NCBI GenBank assembly: GCA_029881255.1
Contig: JAOUMY010000005.1
Coordinates: 66,479-130,478, forward strand
Reading direction: 5' to 3'
Length of the DNA stretch: 64,000 bases
Source: Gammaproteobacteria bacterium
GTDB lineage: Bacteria; Pseudomonadota; Gammaproteobacteria; S012-40
Part shown: one piece after another, positions 1-10,319 of the stretch
Layout of the letters: each line of letters begins with the position of its first letter
How positions within the stretch are numbered: position 1 is the stretch's first letter
The notes under the pieces: model-generated
Databases searched by the model: none
Told to the model about the DNA's origin: nothing
The model's input: only the letters and a program-made list of their open reading frames with translations
Translations under genes and position numbers: made by a program

Positions 1-1106
1 ACCACCGGATCGCTACCGCGAACATTGATAACTTCCGCCTGGCACTGGAGCGAAGTGGCGGGATCAACATAGATATCGGTGGTATCCGACATACCGGAAG
101 TAAACGACCAGGCAAAATCTCTAGTAACCCCAATTGCCACACCGGGCAACCCGGGAAAAGAAATTCCATTCACGTTCAAGTCGCCATAATGCAGACTGGA
201 CTCGACTGAGATTTGCGGTACGGAGTAACCCATTTGCGGACCGCCTAACAACAAAGGCTTTCCATCGGCACTATACTCTGGTCCGACAACAATGGCATTG
301 GAAGCACCCCGGCCCTTTACGCCGAGCTTCTCCATATTGTCATGCCAGCCTTTGTGTAGATTCTTCCATTTTTTACCGGCCTTCTTACTATGGTGCCCTT
401 CATCATCGGACGGCATAGTCGCCGGTGGACTTGATTCGTCTTGCGTTGAGGAGATAGTGGTAACAGAGTCGCCGTCGTTCAACCAATGTGTATCGGCGAA
501 TATCGCGTTACCTGCTATCGGGCCATGCTTGGCCAGAAGCTCACCGTAGACTTCTGCATTTTCAAATTCCTCTAATCCATCAGATTGCCCGAACTGCCCA
601 AAAATCAACTGTACTACGGCGACGCTATCTTCAGGACGCCAGGGCGCGGGAGTCAAACCTTGGGCGACATACTCGATCGGCAACATACCCTCATTCTGAG
701 CCTTCTGTATCCAGGCATTAACACCATCGCTAAAAGCGTTATATTGCACACGCGTGGCTTCGTTAACATTGGCTAACATCTCGCTGCGTTTTGAATCCGG
801 ACCGAAGTAAATGCGCGCAAACGTATCACCTTCAATACTTCCTGGCCCCATCAATTCCGCCATTCGACCGCCGGCAGTACGACGCATTAAATCCGCCTGC
901 CACAAACGATCCTCTGCTTGCGCATAGCCCGCGCCATACCAAAGAGCATATGCTGAATCGGCAAAAACATGTGGCACACCATATTCGTCACGAACAATCT
1001 TGACATCGGTATCATCGTCCGCAAAGACGGCGACAGGTTGGATAAGAAAGCCGCACAATAAAGCTGTGACTTTAAACAAGCCGTGACCTCTTCCACGAAT
1101 CTGCAT
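1..1106 (-). CDS. Penicillin acylase family (Ntn-hydrolase) precursor, 5' part; runs off the left edge
   Basis: Absent from the ORF track because no stop lies in the window. Manual minus-strand translation from ATG 1106 (AAGGAG upstream) gives a signal peptide, IVRDEYGVPHVFA...YGAGYAQAEDRLWQ, and the beta-subunit start GASNAIVVG...PLLLGGPQMG. Confidence 0.9.
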   Translation of the reverse strand, partial: MQIRGRGHGLFKVTALLCGFLIQPVAVFADDDTDVKIVRDEYGVPHVFADSAYALWYGAGYAQAEDRLWQADLMRRTAGGRMAELMGPGSIEGDTFARIYFGPDSKRSEMLANVNEATRVQYNAFSDGVNAWIQKAQNEGMLPIEYVAQGLTPAPWRPEDSVAVVQLIFGQFGQSDGLEEFENAEVYGELLAKHGPIAGNAIFADTHWLNDGDSVTTISSTQDESSPPATMPSDDEGHHSKKAGKKWKNLHKGWHDNMEKLGVKGRGASNAIVVGPEYSADGKPLLLGGPQMGYSVPQISVESSLHYGDLNVNGISFPGLPGVAIGVTRDFAWSFTSGMSDTTDIYVDPATSLQCQAEVINVRGSDPV

Positions 1107-1313
1107 CTATCTTCTCCTTGATTTTCGGGTTTGGTTTATTGGATTTGTAAAGACATCTAAGAGTATAGCTGATCTATTAATTTCGGGGCATACGAAATTT
1201 TTCAAATGATAGCTGTATTCTGTACCAACAATGAATAGGCTGTTATGCCTATAGTGAAAATCAACAAATAGTGCAGAGTGTGATGCGGGATGAATGGCTT
1301 GCTGGACGACTTA

Positions 1314-1550
1314 TTACTGCGCCCGCTTGACGCGAATTTTTGAACCCGCCACATCTTTCCCATTCAAATTCTTAGTTGCGGCCTTGGCCTCGCCGGGGCT
1401 GGGCATTTCGACAAAGGCGAAGCCTTTTGAGGCGCCTGTTTCTTTGTCCATAACCAGATTGCAGTACTGGACGGTGCCAAAGGCTTCAAACATCGTCTTA
1501 ATTTCCGACTCTGTGGTAGAACGGGATAGGTTGCGTACGAGGAGTTTCAT
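1314..1550 (-). CDS. RRM (RNP-1) RNA-binding protein
   Basis: LLVRNL (RNP2) and KGFAFVEM (RNP1) motifs, 78 aa. Confidence 0.93.
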   Translation of the reverse strand: MKLLVRNLSRSTTESEIKTMFEAFGTVQYCNLVMDKETGASKGFAFVEMPSPGEAKAATKNLNGKDVAGSKIRVKRAQ

Positions 1551-1735
1551 AGTTCCACCATGTATGGGTTTAGTCTAAGGGAAGCTGTAGGTGTGTTGGT
1601 GTCCCAAGCACAGGGAAGTTAGCAGGATTTATCGAGAAAAGATATCCGAGCGCACAAAAAAAGATAGTCATAATGCGCCCATTGGGGAAATTGCATAAAC
1701 TAGTCGTGTCAATACGCTGCGGAGCTGGCAAACAA

Positions 1736-2704
1736 ATGAAGAGTATTCAATTCGACCGATACGGCTCTCCCGACTATTTGCGCTTTGTTGAGAAGGCGAT
1801 ACCCTCGCCGAAGCCCGACGAAGTGCTGGTTAAAATCTGCGCCTCCTCGATTAACTCCTGGGACTGGGAATTATTGCATGCCAGACCCTTCGCCAATCGC
1901 GTGATGTTTGGCTTGTTCAAGCCGACTCGCTTAAAGACGCTAGGAATAGATATTGCCGGGTGTGTCGAAAAAACCGGTAGCGAGGTGAAGAAGTTTAAGG
2001 TCGGCGACAAGGTATACGGTGATCTTTCTGCCTGTGGTATGGGAGGATACGCTGAGTATGTCGCTGCGCCTGAATCTGCGCTTGCACACATGCCGGAGAA
2101 CATCAGCTTTGAACAGGCCGCCTCAGTTCCACAAGCTGCGTTGATGTCGCTCCAGGGTTTACAACAGGCAGGTATTCGCGATGGACAGCATGTATTGATA
2201 AACGGCGCATCGGGTGGCTCCGGCACCTTTGCGATACAGATCGCTAAAACGTTTGACGTAGAGATTACCGGTGTGTGTAGCGGCGCAAAAATGGATTTTG
2301 TACGCTCGCTAGGCGTTGACCATGTCATCGACTACCAGACGCAAGACTACACCCGAAGTGGGCAACAATACGATGTCATCATCGATGCCCAGGCGCATCA
2401 TGGCTTACGTAAATGCAAACGTGCGCTGTCGCCCGGCGGTAGTTATGTTGCACATGGTGGGGCTAGCGGAATTATCGCAAAGCTCATACTTTTTGGTCCT
2501 TTGTTATCGCGTATAGACAACAAAAAAGTTGCCATACTTTTTCACAAGGCCAACAAAGGCCTGGATGAGATTGGCGAGTTGCTTGCCAGAGGCAAGATCA
2601 CGCCTGTAATCGATCAAGTGTTTCCATTCGATAAAACAATTGATGCGTTACGCTATTATGGTGATGGTCTGGCGAAAGGTAAGGTAGTTATTTCGATGGA
2701 ATGA
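1736..2704 (+). CDS. NAD(P)-dependent MDR-family oxidoreductase (quinone reductase/alcohol dehydrogenase-like)
   Basis: PKPDEVLVKI, GIDIAG, VLINGASGGSG Rossmann motif, GKVVI end. ATG 1736 with GGAG upstream preferred over 1673. Confidence 0.9.
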   Translation: MKSIQFDRYGSPDYLRFVEKAIPSPKPDEVLVKICASSINSWDWELLHARPFANRVMFGLFKPTRLKTLGIDIAGCVEKTGSEVKKFKVGDKVYGDLSACGMGGYAEYVAAPESALAHMPENISFEQAASVPQAALMSLQGLQQAGIRDGQHVLINGASGGSGTFAIQIAKTFDVEITGVCSGAKMDFVRSLGVDHVIDYQTQDYTRSGQQYDVIIDAQAHHGLRKCKRALSPGGSYVAHGGASGIIAKLILFGPLLSRIDNKKVAILFHKANKGLDEIGELLARGKITPVIDQVFPFDKTIDALRYYGDGLAKGKVVISME

Positions 2705-2875
2705 GTCGTTGTAAATATTTTTCAACCGGTGATGAAATACTTTCACCGTTCAGAATAGGATATTCGCTATTAAGCGCTTTTTCCCATCTTACCCACATAG
2801 AATATAGCGTTGATATGTCGCGGCGTTTGATACATGTTAGGCAGCATCAAACGACAATACTATGAGAGGAAATCC

Positions 2876-3355
2876 ATGTTAAACCCTAACCAGGCCGCGC
2901 CAGACTTTAGCTGCGCCAATCAGAACGACACTACTGTTAAACTCTGTGATTTTGCGGGCAAAAAAACCGTTGTACTCTATTTCTATCCCAAAGACGATAC
3001 ACCGGGTTGCACCATCGAAGCAAACCAGTTCACCGCACTCGCCAGCGAATTCGCCGCTATTGATACCGTGATACTCGGCGTCAGTAAAGACGACTGCGCC
3101 AGCCACAGAGCATTTATCGACAAATACGGACTGGAAGTGGATTTACTCGCCGACACCGATGGTGAGTTATGCGCAGCCTACGGCGTGTGGCAGGAAAAAG
3201 AAAAGAACGGCGAAAAGAAAATGGGTATCGTACGTTCAACCTTCGTCATCGATCAAAGCGGGCAAATTATTCGTGCAGAATACGGCGTTACCGCCGATGG
3301 TCATGCGCAGGAGATATTGGGGTGGTTGAAGGCAAGGGAAGCGGCGAGTGCATAG
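2876..3355 (+). CDS. bcp: Peroxiredoxin, BCP/PrxQ family
   Basis: YFYPKDDTPGCTIEA peroxidatic motif and RSTFVID. Confidence 0.92.
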   Translation: MLNPNQAAPDFSCANQNDTTVKLCDFAGKKTVVLYFYPKDDTPGCTIEANQFTALASEFAAIDTVILGVSKDDCASHRAFIDKYGLEVDLLADTDGELCAAYGVWQEKEKNGEKKMGIVRSTFVIDQSGQIIRAEYGVTADGHAQEILGWLKAREAASA

Positions 3356-3668
3356 GTAAAACTTTTTTCGTATTGCATGTCGCGAACGACTTAGGCGTTG
3401 ATCGGCTCCGCATTATAAGGGGATGCGGGGTCGATCTCGAATTACATAATTCTGCAACATTTCTCTGTTTGTGACTTTAGACCAGTACCCGCCAAGATAT
3501 CGAACTCAACGTTTATACCGCATATCATAGGTCCCAATTTGGGTACTGTCGGTCCCTTTTTGGGTCTTTTCGAGAGGTGGAGCCAAATCCCTTTGCAGCA
3601 GAAAACTGGGGATTTATCGCCCCAAACTTGCATCAAAACCCCAAAAAGCGTTATAAGGTGCGCAGCTA

Positions 3669-4115
3669 GTGAATTCAAAACCCATGACCAAACACCCACA
3701 ACAACACAACCCCGCCTGGACCATGATATTTGCCGCCTGGCTAATCGCGGCATTCTCGACGCTGAGTAGTCTGTTTTTCAGCGAGGTAATGGATCTTATC
3801 CCGTGTGTGTTGTGCTGGTATCAGCGTATTTTTATGTTTCCGCTGGCGATCATTTTATTGGTAGCGCTGTTTCCACTGGATACGCGTGTGGTGAGATACA
3901 CACTGCCGATTACGTTTATCGGAATGTTATTTGCGTTCTATCATATTTTGCTATTTTATGGCGTGATACCGGAAAGCCTGCAACCGTGCGGCAAAGGTAT
4001 CTCATGCGCCGATGTCAGCATGGAATTGTTTGGATTCTTGCCGATACCGATACTCGCTTTTATCGCCTTTTTGTCGATTTTCGTTTTGTTGTTTAACACC
4101 AGGAAGCAAGCATGA
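3669..4115 (+). CDS. Disulfide bond formation protein, DsbB/BdbC family
   Basis: PCVLCWYQR motif, second Cys pair (PCGKGISC), four TM segments. Confidence 0.9.
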   Translation: MNSKPMTKHPQQHNPAWTMIFAAWLIAAFSTLSSLFFSEVMDLIPCVLCWYQRIFMFPLAIILLVALFPLDTRVVRYTLPITFIGMLFAFYHILLFYGVIPESLQPCGKGISCADVSMELFGFLPIPILAFIAFLSIFVLLFNTRKQA

Positions 4116-4762
4116 ACAAAAACATCATGATTTACGCCGCCATCTTCATTATGAGCGTAGGCTTTTCCCTCGCCGCGTATTTTTATACCACGCAGCAACA
4201 GACAGCCACTACAGAATTGGCTGCGTCAAACGCCGACGCACTCGCGCCGGCTCATGCCATGCGCAAAGGCAGCCCCGATGCCAAAGTGACCATCGTCGAA
4301 TTCTTTGATCCGGCATGTGGCACGTGTAAACAATTTCATCCCGTCATCAAAGAATTGTTAAACAAATTTCCGACGCAGATTAATGTCGTCATGCGTTACT
4401 CTCCCTTCCATCAGGGTTCGGATGAAATGGTTGCCATATTGGAGGCCTCACGCAAGCAATCACAATTCTGGAACGTATTAGACATCATGTTTGAAACACA
4501 GGATTCCTGGGTCAGCAATCACGTCGCCCACCCCGAACTGTTCTGGGGTTATCTAAAAGGCTATGGCATCGACGCCGATCGCCTCCAGCAAGACATGCAA
4601 GACCCGAAGATCGTCGACGTTATTCAACGAGATCTTGCGGATGGAGAGACACTCAAAGTTGAAAAGACTCCGACGTTTTTTGTAAACGGCAAGCCATTAC
4701 CGAGTTTTGGCTTTGATCAGTTTTGGGCGTTGGTGAAGAGTGAGTTGGAAGCGAATTATTAG
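4112..4762 (+). CDS. DsbA/BdbD-like thiol-disulfide oxidoreductase
   Basis: N-terminal anchor, EFFDPACGTC (CxxC), TPTFFVNG cis-Pro loop; overlaps the upstream stop. Confidence 0.9.
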   Translation: MNKNIMIYAAIFIMSVGFSLAAYFYTTQQQTATTELAASNADALAPAHAMRKGSPDAKVTIVEFFDPACGTCKQFHPVIKELLNKFPTQINVVMRYSPFHQGSDEMVAILEASRKQSQFWNVLDIMFETQDSWVSNHVAHPELFWGYLKGYGIDADRLQQDMQDPKIVDVIQRDLADGETLKVEKTPTFFVNGKPLPSFGFDQFWALVKSELEANY

Positions 4763-4869
4763 ATTATTTGGTGAGTGTCTGTGGGCTTAAACAATAGCTT
4801 ACACAGCTTGATGATCCCGTTTAGTGGACTATCTTCCACGCCTTTTATTTAACCAGAAAAATAACGCGG

Positions 4870-7800
4870 ATGTATCCCCGTGATTTTTCCAATTTGAACA
4901 AAATAAATCGACTGTTTCATAAAGAAAAATGGGGCGCTTCCCGATATAAGAAGTCACGGAAGACTCATGCAATCAACAACATGCCCTATTTCACCTGTAG
5001 CCAAACCCAAGTACGTCGGCAGCCCCACCTGCAGGTTCTACTCAGCATTTCATTTCTGTTCGTACTGCTCGCCTTATCCAATAACATTTTTGCTGAGCAA
5101 ACCGCGTTATCGCCTGAAGAACAAGACTGGTTACATACACACGCTGAACTAAGACTCGGTGTTGACCCAGGCTGGCCGCCGTTTGACTTCGTCAATCAAA
5201 ATGGGCAGCACGATGGTATTGCTGCCGACTACTTGAGGCTATTAGCCCGAAATCTCCAGATAGAATTCAGGCTCACGCGCGATATAAGCTGGAAAGACGT
5301 CCTGGACAAGGCAGAAAAGCGCGAAATCGATATTGTGTCACTGGCACAAACAACTCCGAGCCGTGAAGCCTATCTTCATTTTACTGATCCCGTTATTTCC
5401 TCACCATGGGTAATCATTAATCGGCGAGGTGAAACCATATACAACGATCTCGGCGCTGTCGGTAAGCGCAAGATTGCCATGGTAAAAGGCTACGCTATTG
5501 TCGAGTTGAGTAGGCTCAGTTTTCCAAACCTGGAAATTGTACAGGTCGATAACAGTCTGGAAGGGCTCAAAATGGTAGCAACCGGCAAGATCGAAGCCTT
5601 TGTCGAGAATCTTACTACGGCTAGCTATCTCATACGCTCACACGGGCTGATCAATCTACAAGTCGGTGGGGATGCAGGCCTCGGCCTACAAGAATTGCGA
5701 TTTAGCATCCGTTCTGACTGGCCTGAGTTCGTCAGCATTTTTAACAAACAACTGGCGACAATCTCTCAAGACGAAAAAAGCCGGATATTGAGCAAGTGGG
5801 TCGGCTCGCAAGCTACGCAGTCTGAGAGAACAAATGTTGATAACCTCAGCAAAACAGAACTTCCGACTAGCGCAATTGTATTTTTCTTCATTATTGTCGT
5901 TTTTTGTCTGTATCTACTGCACCTCTCGCGCCAGGAAAAATTGTTTCTTCAATTTGGAACGCCGCGTTTTAAAGTCCTCGTATCACTTTTTATTGGTGGT
6001 TTTATCATTGTACTGTTCACCGTGTCCTGGTGGGTTGTTGATCAAAATAGGAAGAACACATTAGCCACTCTTGCAGGGACTCTCGAAACCGTACGTGATA
6101 CAACATCCGAAGGTCTGATCGTTTGGATACAAAACCGCAGCACCTTCCTGAGCCACATCGGCACTGAATCTTCCGTGGTTGATTTTACCCAGGCATTGCT
6201 AAGATTGGAGGCGAACAAAGACACCATACTCAAATCGACAGCCCTGGCAGAGGCGAGAAAATTCTTCCAACATGAAGCGGGAATATTTCACGACCTGGGA
6301 TTTTTCATTATCGATCGCAACGCGATTAGTATTGCGTCTGCGCGTGATACTAATATAGGAACGAAAAATCTAATCGCAATACAACGACCCGAGTTACTTG
6401 AGCGTATTTTTCAAGGAGAGGCGATATTCGTACCTGCGGTTTATTCTGACGTCGCTTTGGATAAGAATGAACCCTCTAACCGCAGACCACCGACGATGTT
6501 TATCGGAGCCCCCGTAAAAGATAAGAATGGCCATATTATCGCTGCGATCACGCAACGCCTGGACCCAAGAGAGCAGTTTTCACAAATGTTACAACTGGGA
6601 AGAATCGGCGAAACTGGCGAAACCTATGCCATCGATGCGAAAGGCCTATTGATCTCACAAAGCCGATATGTTGATCAATTGCGTACCATTGGTTTGCTAA
6701 CCGAAAATCAAGACGCCGTTCTATCGATAGAAATTCGTAATCCACGGGGCAATATGCTGGAAGGTTTTCGTCCAGGTGTAGAAAGATCTCAACTTCCTCT
6801 TACGCATATGGCCAGTTCAGTTCTCAAAAAGGAACAAAAAACGAATGTTCAAGGGTATCTGGATTATCGTGGCGTGCCAGTATACGGTTCCTGGCGTTGG
6901 CTAGACGAACTGGGTATTGGTGTAACAACCGAAATTGATGTTGACGAGGCACTCGCCAGTTTTTACAACAATCGACAAATAATATATGGCTCGCTTGGGA
7001 TATCGCTACTTCTTTCCGTTAGTGCGCTAATTTTTACGATACGAACGGGAACACGCTCGACGCAATTGTTGAAACAATCTCACGACGAACTAGAGGCAAC
7101 CGTAGCCCAACGTACACAGGAAATTCGTGAGGCGCAGGCGATAGAGAAAGATCGTGCTATTGCATTAGAGCAACTTGCTTCGGGAAAACCATTGTGTGAG
7201 GTATTGTCATTTCTGATAGAGGGCTTAGAGCGTTCAAACAAGCACGGTCTGTTGTGCACGATTCATTTATATGACGAACCATCGCAAACACTTCTGCATT
7301 GTGCTGCCCCCAATCTACCGGATCGCGTGAATAAGGCAATGAGTTGTGTTGACGTTACACAAACGACATGCGTTTGCGGCGTAGCCGTTTTTAGCGGTAA
7401 ACCTGTCATTGCCAAAGATATCGAATCTCACCCCGACTGTACCGCCTATCGAGAATTCGCGCGTGATGCCAATCTCGGTGCTTGCTGGTCGTACCCGGTT
7501 CTCTCCTCCAGTAACAGGGTCCTGGGAACACTCACCGGCTATTACCCGGAAAAACGGGAACCTGATGAAAATGAAATCGAACTCATACTCAGTTCTGCCA
7601 ACCTCGCCGGTATCGCCATCGAAAAGAAGCAATCGGAGGCCGCACTCATTGAAGCGAAAAAACAAGCCGAACAGGCAAGCAAGGCCAAGTCAGAATTTCT
7701 CTCCAGCATGAGTCATGAACTACGCACACCGCTAAATGCGATTATGGGTTTTAGCCAATTGTTATTACTGGATGACGAGAGTGAACTACACAAGGAAAAC

Positions 7801-8364
7801 TACAACGAAATCTACAAGGCCGGAGACCACTTGTTGACCTTGATCAATGAAATACTCGATCTGGCCAAAATAGAATCCGGCAAGGTATCGCTATCGATAG
7901 AAACAGTGAATATCACTACGGCTATCGGAGAGGTGCTTTCCCTGGTCACGCCACTGGCAAAACAACAAGGCGTTAGCATACATCATTCTACGCAACAGGA
8001 TTACCACATACAGGCAGACTACAGTCGCATCAAACAAGTCTTGCTAAATCTCCTCTCGAATGCGATTAAGTACAATCAGAAGAATGGTAGCGTTGAGATA
8101 CGCTATCAAACAACCAAAGACAAACATCTGCGTATCGAAGTTGTCGATACCGGCATAGGCCTGTCGCCAGAACAAATAACTGCCTTATTCTCACCATTCG
8201 AAAGAGTCGGCGCGGAAAATTCACACGTCGAGGGCACAGGTATTGGGCTGGTTATCACCAAGAATTTGGTGGAACTGATGGGTGGCAAGATCGGTGTTGA
8301 GTCGGACAAGGGGAAAGGGAGTAGGTTTTGGGTTGAGTTGCCGGTGGGAGATAATCTGAACTAG
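4870..8364 (+). CDS. Sensor histidine kinase (periplasmic binding domain + Cache-like + GAF + HisKA + HATPase)
   Basis: LGVDPGWPPF binding-protein motif, GETGETY and DYRGVPV Cache motifs, GAF, FLSSMSHELRTPL, NLLSNAIKY, GTGIGL. Start codon uncertain. Confidence 0.9.
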   Translation: MYPRDFSNLNKINRLFHKEKWGASRYKKSRKTHAINNMPYFTCSQTQVRRQPHLQVLLSISFLFVLLALSNNIFAEQTALSPEEQDWLHTHAELRLGVDPGWPPFDFVNQNGQHDGIAADYLRLLARNLQIEFRLTRDISWKDVLDKAEKREIDIVSLAQTTPSREAYLHFTDPVISSPWVIINRRGETIYNDLGAVGKRKIAMVKGYAIVELSRLSFPNLEIVQVDNSLEGLKMVATGKIEAFVENLTTASYLIRSHGLINLQVGGDAGLGLQELRFSIRSDWPEFVSIFNKQLATISQDEKSRILSKWVGSQATQSERTNVDNLSKTELPTSAIVFFFIIVVFCLYLLHLSRQEKLFLQFGTPRFKVLVSLFIGGFIIVLFTVSWWVVDQNRKNTLATLAGTLETVRDTTSEGLIVWIQNRSTFLSHIGTESSVVDFTQALLRLEANKDTILKSTALAEARKFFQHEAGIFHDLGFFIIDRNAISIASARDTNIGTKNLIAIQRPELLERIFQGEAIFVPAVYSDVALDKNEPSNRRPPTMFIGAPVKDKNGHIIAAITQRLDPREQFSQMLQLGRIGETGETYAIDAKGLLISQSRYVDQLRTIGLLTENQDAVLSIEIRNPRGNMLEGFRPGVERSQLPLTHMASSVLKKEQKTNVQGYLDYRGVPVYGSWRWLDELGIGVTTEIDVDEALASFYNNRQIIYGSLGISLLLSVSALIFTIRTGTRSTQLLKQSHDELEATVAQRTQEIREAQAIEKDRAIALEQLASGKPLCEVLSFLIEGLERSNKHGLLCTIHLYDEPSQTLLHCAAPNLPDRVNKAMSCVDVTQTTCVCGVAVFSGKPVIAKDIESHPDCTAYREFARDANLGACWSYPVLSSSNRVLGTLTGYYPEKREPDENEIELILSSANLAGIAIEKKQSEAALIEAKKQAEQASKAKSEFLSSMSHELRTPLNAIMGFSQLLLLDDESELHKENYNEIYKAGDHLLTLINEILDLAKIESGKVSLSIETVNITTAIGEVLSLVTPLAKQQGVSIHHSTQQDYHIQADYSRIKQVLLNLLSNAIKYNQKNGSVEIRYQTTKDKHLRIEVVDTGIGLSPEQITALFSPFERVGAENSHVEGTGIGLVITKNLVELMGGKIGVESDKGKGSRFWVELPVGDNLN

Positions 8365-8422
8365 TTTCGAATTATACTGAAACCATGTTCGTGATTTGTG
8401 AATAGTGAATAGCAGCAATTGA

Positions 8423-8857
8423 CTACGGGCTCATCACCCCATCAAGCTGCTGCAAAGCCTGGTCAAATGAATATGTGGCGTAATATTCATCTCCCTTTCT
8501 TACACAAACGCGTTTCGCTTTTTCGACGATCAACACGTCGGAGAAATCCATCTCACGGTTCTTTTTATTTGCGCTTGTTAGTTCCGTATTTGTTAGCGTT
8601 TGCAAGGTTTGCCAGACGGCATTACTGTCTTCAAATACAATATTTGGCTCTTTGAATAGCTGTTCGACCACGAGCAAAATGGATTTACGATCCAGGCAAT
8701 ACTTTCGCCCCTTCAGCGTCCACAGTGTTTCTACAAGAACAATGTCCGTTATCAGTACTTTCCTTTTCCCCTCGATCAAGGCATTGGCTTTTTTCGCCTG
8801 CTTGTCGTCATCCTGTAACAGATAACGGAGTAACACATTGGTATCGATACAAATCAC
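8423..8857 (-). CDS. vapC: PIN-domain toxin, VapC family
   Basis: IDTNVLLRY, E(TLW), DFSD and SFD acidic tetrad; coupled to the upstream antitoxin. Confidence 0.9.
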   Translation of the reverse strand: MICIDTNVLLRYLLQDDDKQAKKANALIEGKRKVLITDIVLVETLWTLKGRKYCLDRKSILLVVEQLFKEPNIVFEDSNAVWQTLQTLTNTELTSANKKNREMDFSDVLIVEKAKRVCVRKGDEYYATYSFDQALQQLDGVMSP

Positions 8858-9099
8858 TTCTTGTCCTTGCTTTTTTCTTCGATTGCACTTTGCAATGATT
8901 GCTCATCGCTCATCCGACGATCCGCTTTCACATGTCTCAGCATGCCTTTGGCTGCGCCTTTTTGTTTCTTTACTATGGTTATCTGTCCGTTAAAAATATA
9001 CGCGTCCACTTCGTCACCAGGATGGATATCTGCTTGCAAACACAAGTCGATCGGAATAGTAATTTGCCGCTTGGCGCTCACACGTGCCATCTTCGCCAC
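8854..9099 (-). CDS. AbrB/MazE-type antitoxin (VapB-like)
   Basis: VSAKRQITIP...IHPGDEV swapped-hairpin motif directly upstream of the PIN toxin. Confidence 0.88.
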   Translation of the reverse strand: MAKMARVSAKRQITIPIDLCLQADIHPGDEVDAYIFNGQITIVKKQKGAAKGMLRHVKADRRMSDEQSLQSAIEEKSKDKK

Positions 9100-9100
9100 C

Positions 9101-9161
9101 TCTTTACCTATTTAGCATAGTAAAGAATAGGCCAGTCTTTACCATTTGGCAATAGTAAAGA
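9101..9161. promoter_or_regulatory. Tandem inverted-repeat operators of the vapBC operon
   Basis: TCTTTAC-N12-GTAAAGA occurs twice (9101-9126 and 9136-9161) immediately upstream of the antitoxin start. Confidence 0.65.
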
Positions 9162-9252
9162 ACATATCAACTTTTTCCTTTTAATTCTTATCGTTAAATT
9201 CAGACAATTGGACAGCAGTTGTTCATGCGACTTGAAGTTGACCAATATAATA

Positions 9253-9268
9253 CTGGTACTTTATACAG
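9253..9268. promoter_or_regulatory. LexA/SOS-box-like site
   Basis: CTGGTACTTTATACAG fits CTG-N10-CAG. Confidence 0.45.
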
Positions 9269-9400
9269 CTTTCAAGAATAGTCAGATTTAATGAAACACT
9301 CGGAATGGAAGAATTGGTTGAAGGTAATGCAGGCCAAATCCGCCATGTTCGTCTTGAAACTACGTCCACTTTCATGGAAGAGCCCATACGCTGGGACAAG

Positions 9401-9435
9401 CATTTTCGTGACGCCACGAAAATGGTCAAACGCGG
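9401..9435. repeat. 35-bp palindrome-containing direct repeat, copy 1
   Basis: CATTTTCGTG-acgc-CACGAAAATG-gtcaaacgcgg; matches 11508-11542 with one mismatch. Confidence 0.85.
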
Positions 9436-9436
9436 C

Positions 9437-9598
9437 CAAGCGCTGACTGGATTCCGCCATCACTTGCAAATTGCGTATCACGACATCTTGTACCAACTGC
9501 GATGCATAAAACTGCTGTTTTCTCTCAACATATTGCTCAATGCTTTGATTGCAATCCAACATATGCTCAAGATAAATGGCATTGTCCTTTGCGCTCAT
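9437..9598 (-). pseudogene. HepT/DUF86 HEPN toxin, truncated
   Basis: IYLEHMLD...QDVVIRNLQVMAESSQRL is the DUF86 N-half. Homology ends at the 35-bp repeat and no RxxxxH motif follows. Confidence 0.8.
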
Positions 9599-10071
9599 AA
9601 ACTTCTGGCCTCACGCAGAACCTTCTTGCGAATTTTTGGATGCAGGGAATTTTCGGTAACCACGTCCACCTTCAGATGCACCAAGTCGCTCACATCCACC
9701 AGAAAACCAGACAGCGCTAAAATCTGACTCCGATATTGATTGACCAAGGCATCCATTTGCGGTTGCTCAAGCTCGCGCTGCGAATCGCCGCCGATCGACA
9801 GTTTCTTCATGATACTCACCAGCTCCAGAAAAATCGGACAGTACGTATTCGCCTGATAGACCACCTGATTACCAAGCAACTCTTTCAGCAACAAACCCGT
9901 CTCTGCCAGTTTAGTTAGTTCCTTGTGCAGCGTACCAGCACTGGTCCCGGTCAAACGGGCGATTTCCCGCACGTGATAGCTATTTTCTGGATTTAATAGC
10001 AGCAAACCAAGTACGTGTCGGCGGTAATCCTTGAACAGCAATTCCGACAGTGATGATTTCATTCCAGACAC
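9595..10071 (-). pseudogene. Chimeric HTH + minimal nucleotidyltransferase remnant
   Basis: ArsR-like HTH (YHVREIARLTG...KELTKL) joined to MNT N- and C-terminal ends (QYRSQILAL / KVDVVTENSLHPKIRKKVLREA). The GS...DxD catalytic core is absent. Confidence 0.65.
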
Positions 10072-10319
10072 CTATCGTAGCCATATCGACTACATTTGCA
10101 GCCTTTTTTGCTACATTTTTCAAGCTGCCGAATATGTGCTGTATAAACAGTTACTTAACAGTTACCCAATCAACCTGGATTGCTAGTCTAAGTTGCGCTA
10201 AGCCTCACCCGCTTATCCAAGATCCGCACGATGTCTTTCAGGTCGCACCACTCATATTGTCCAAAACATGTCGTACCAGAATGTATGCACAGCGAATAAC
10301 GCGCACTGTCAAAACCAAG

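Noticed and set aside
134..1096. Several short ORFs listed at the left edge
   Set aside because: They overlap the minus-strand penicillin-acylase-family frame, which explains the region.
3520..3650. GGTCCC...TTTGGG and CCCCAAA short repeats upstream of the dsbB-like gene
   Set aside because: Too short and irregular to support a call beyond a possible regulator site.
10135..10152. CTGTATAAACAG as a third SOS box
   Set aside because: Spacer is 6 nt rather than 10 between CTG and CAG.
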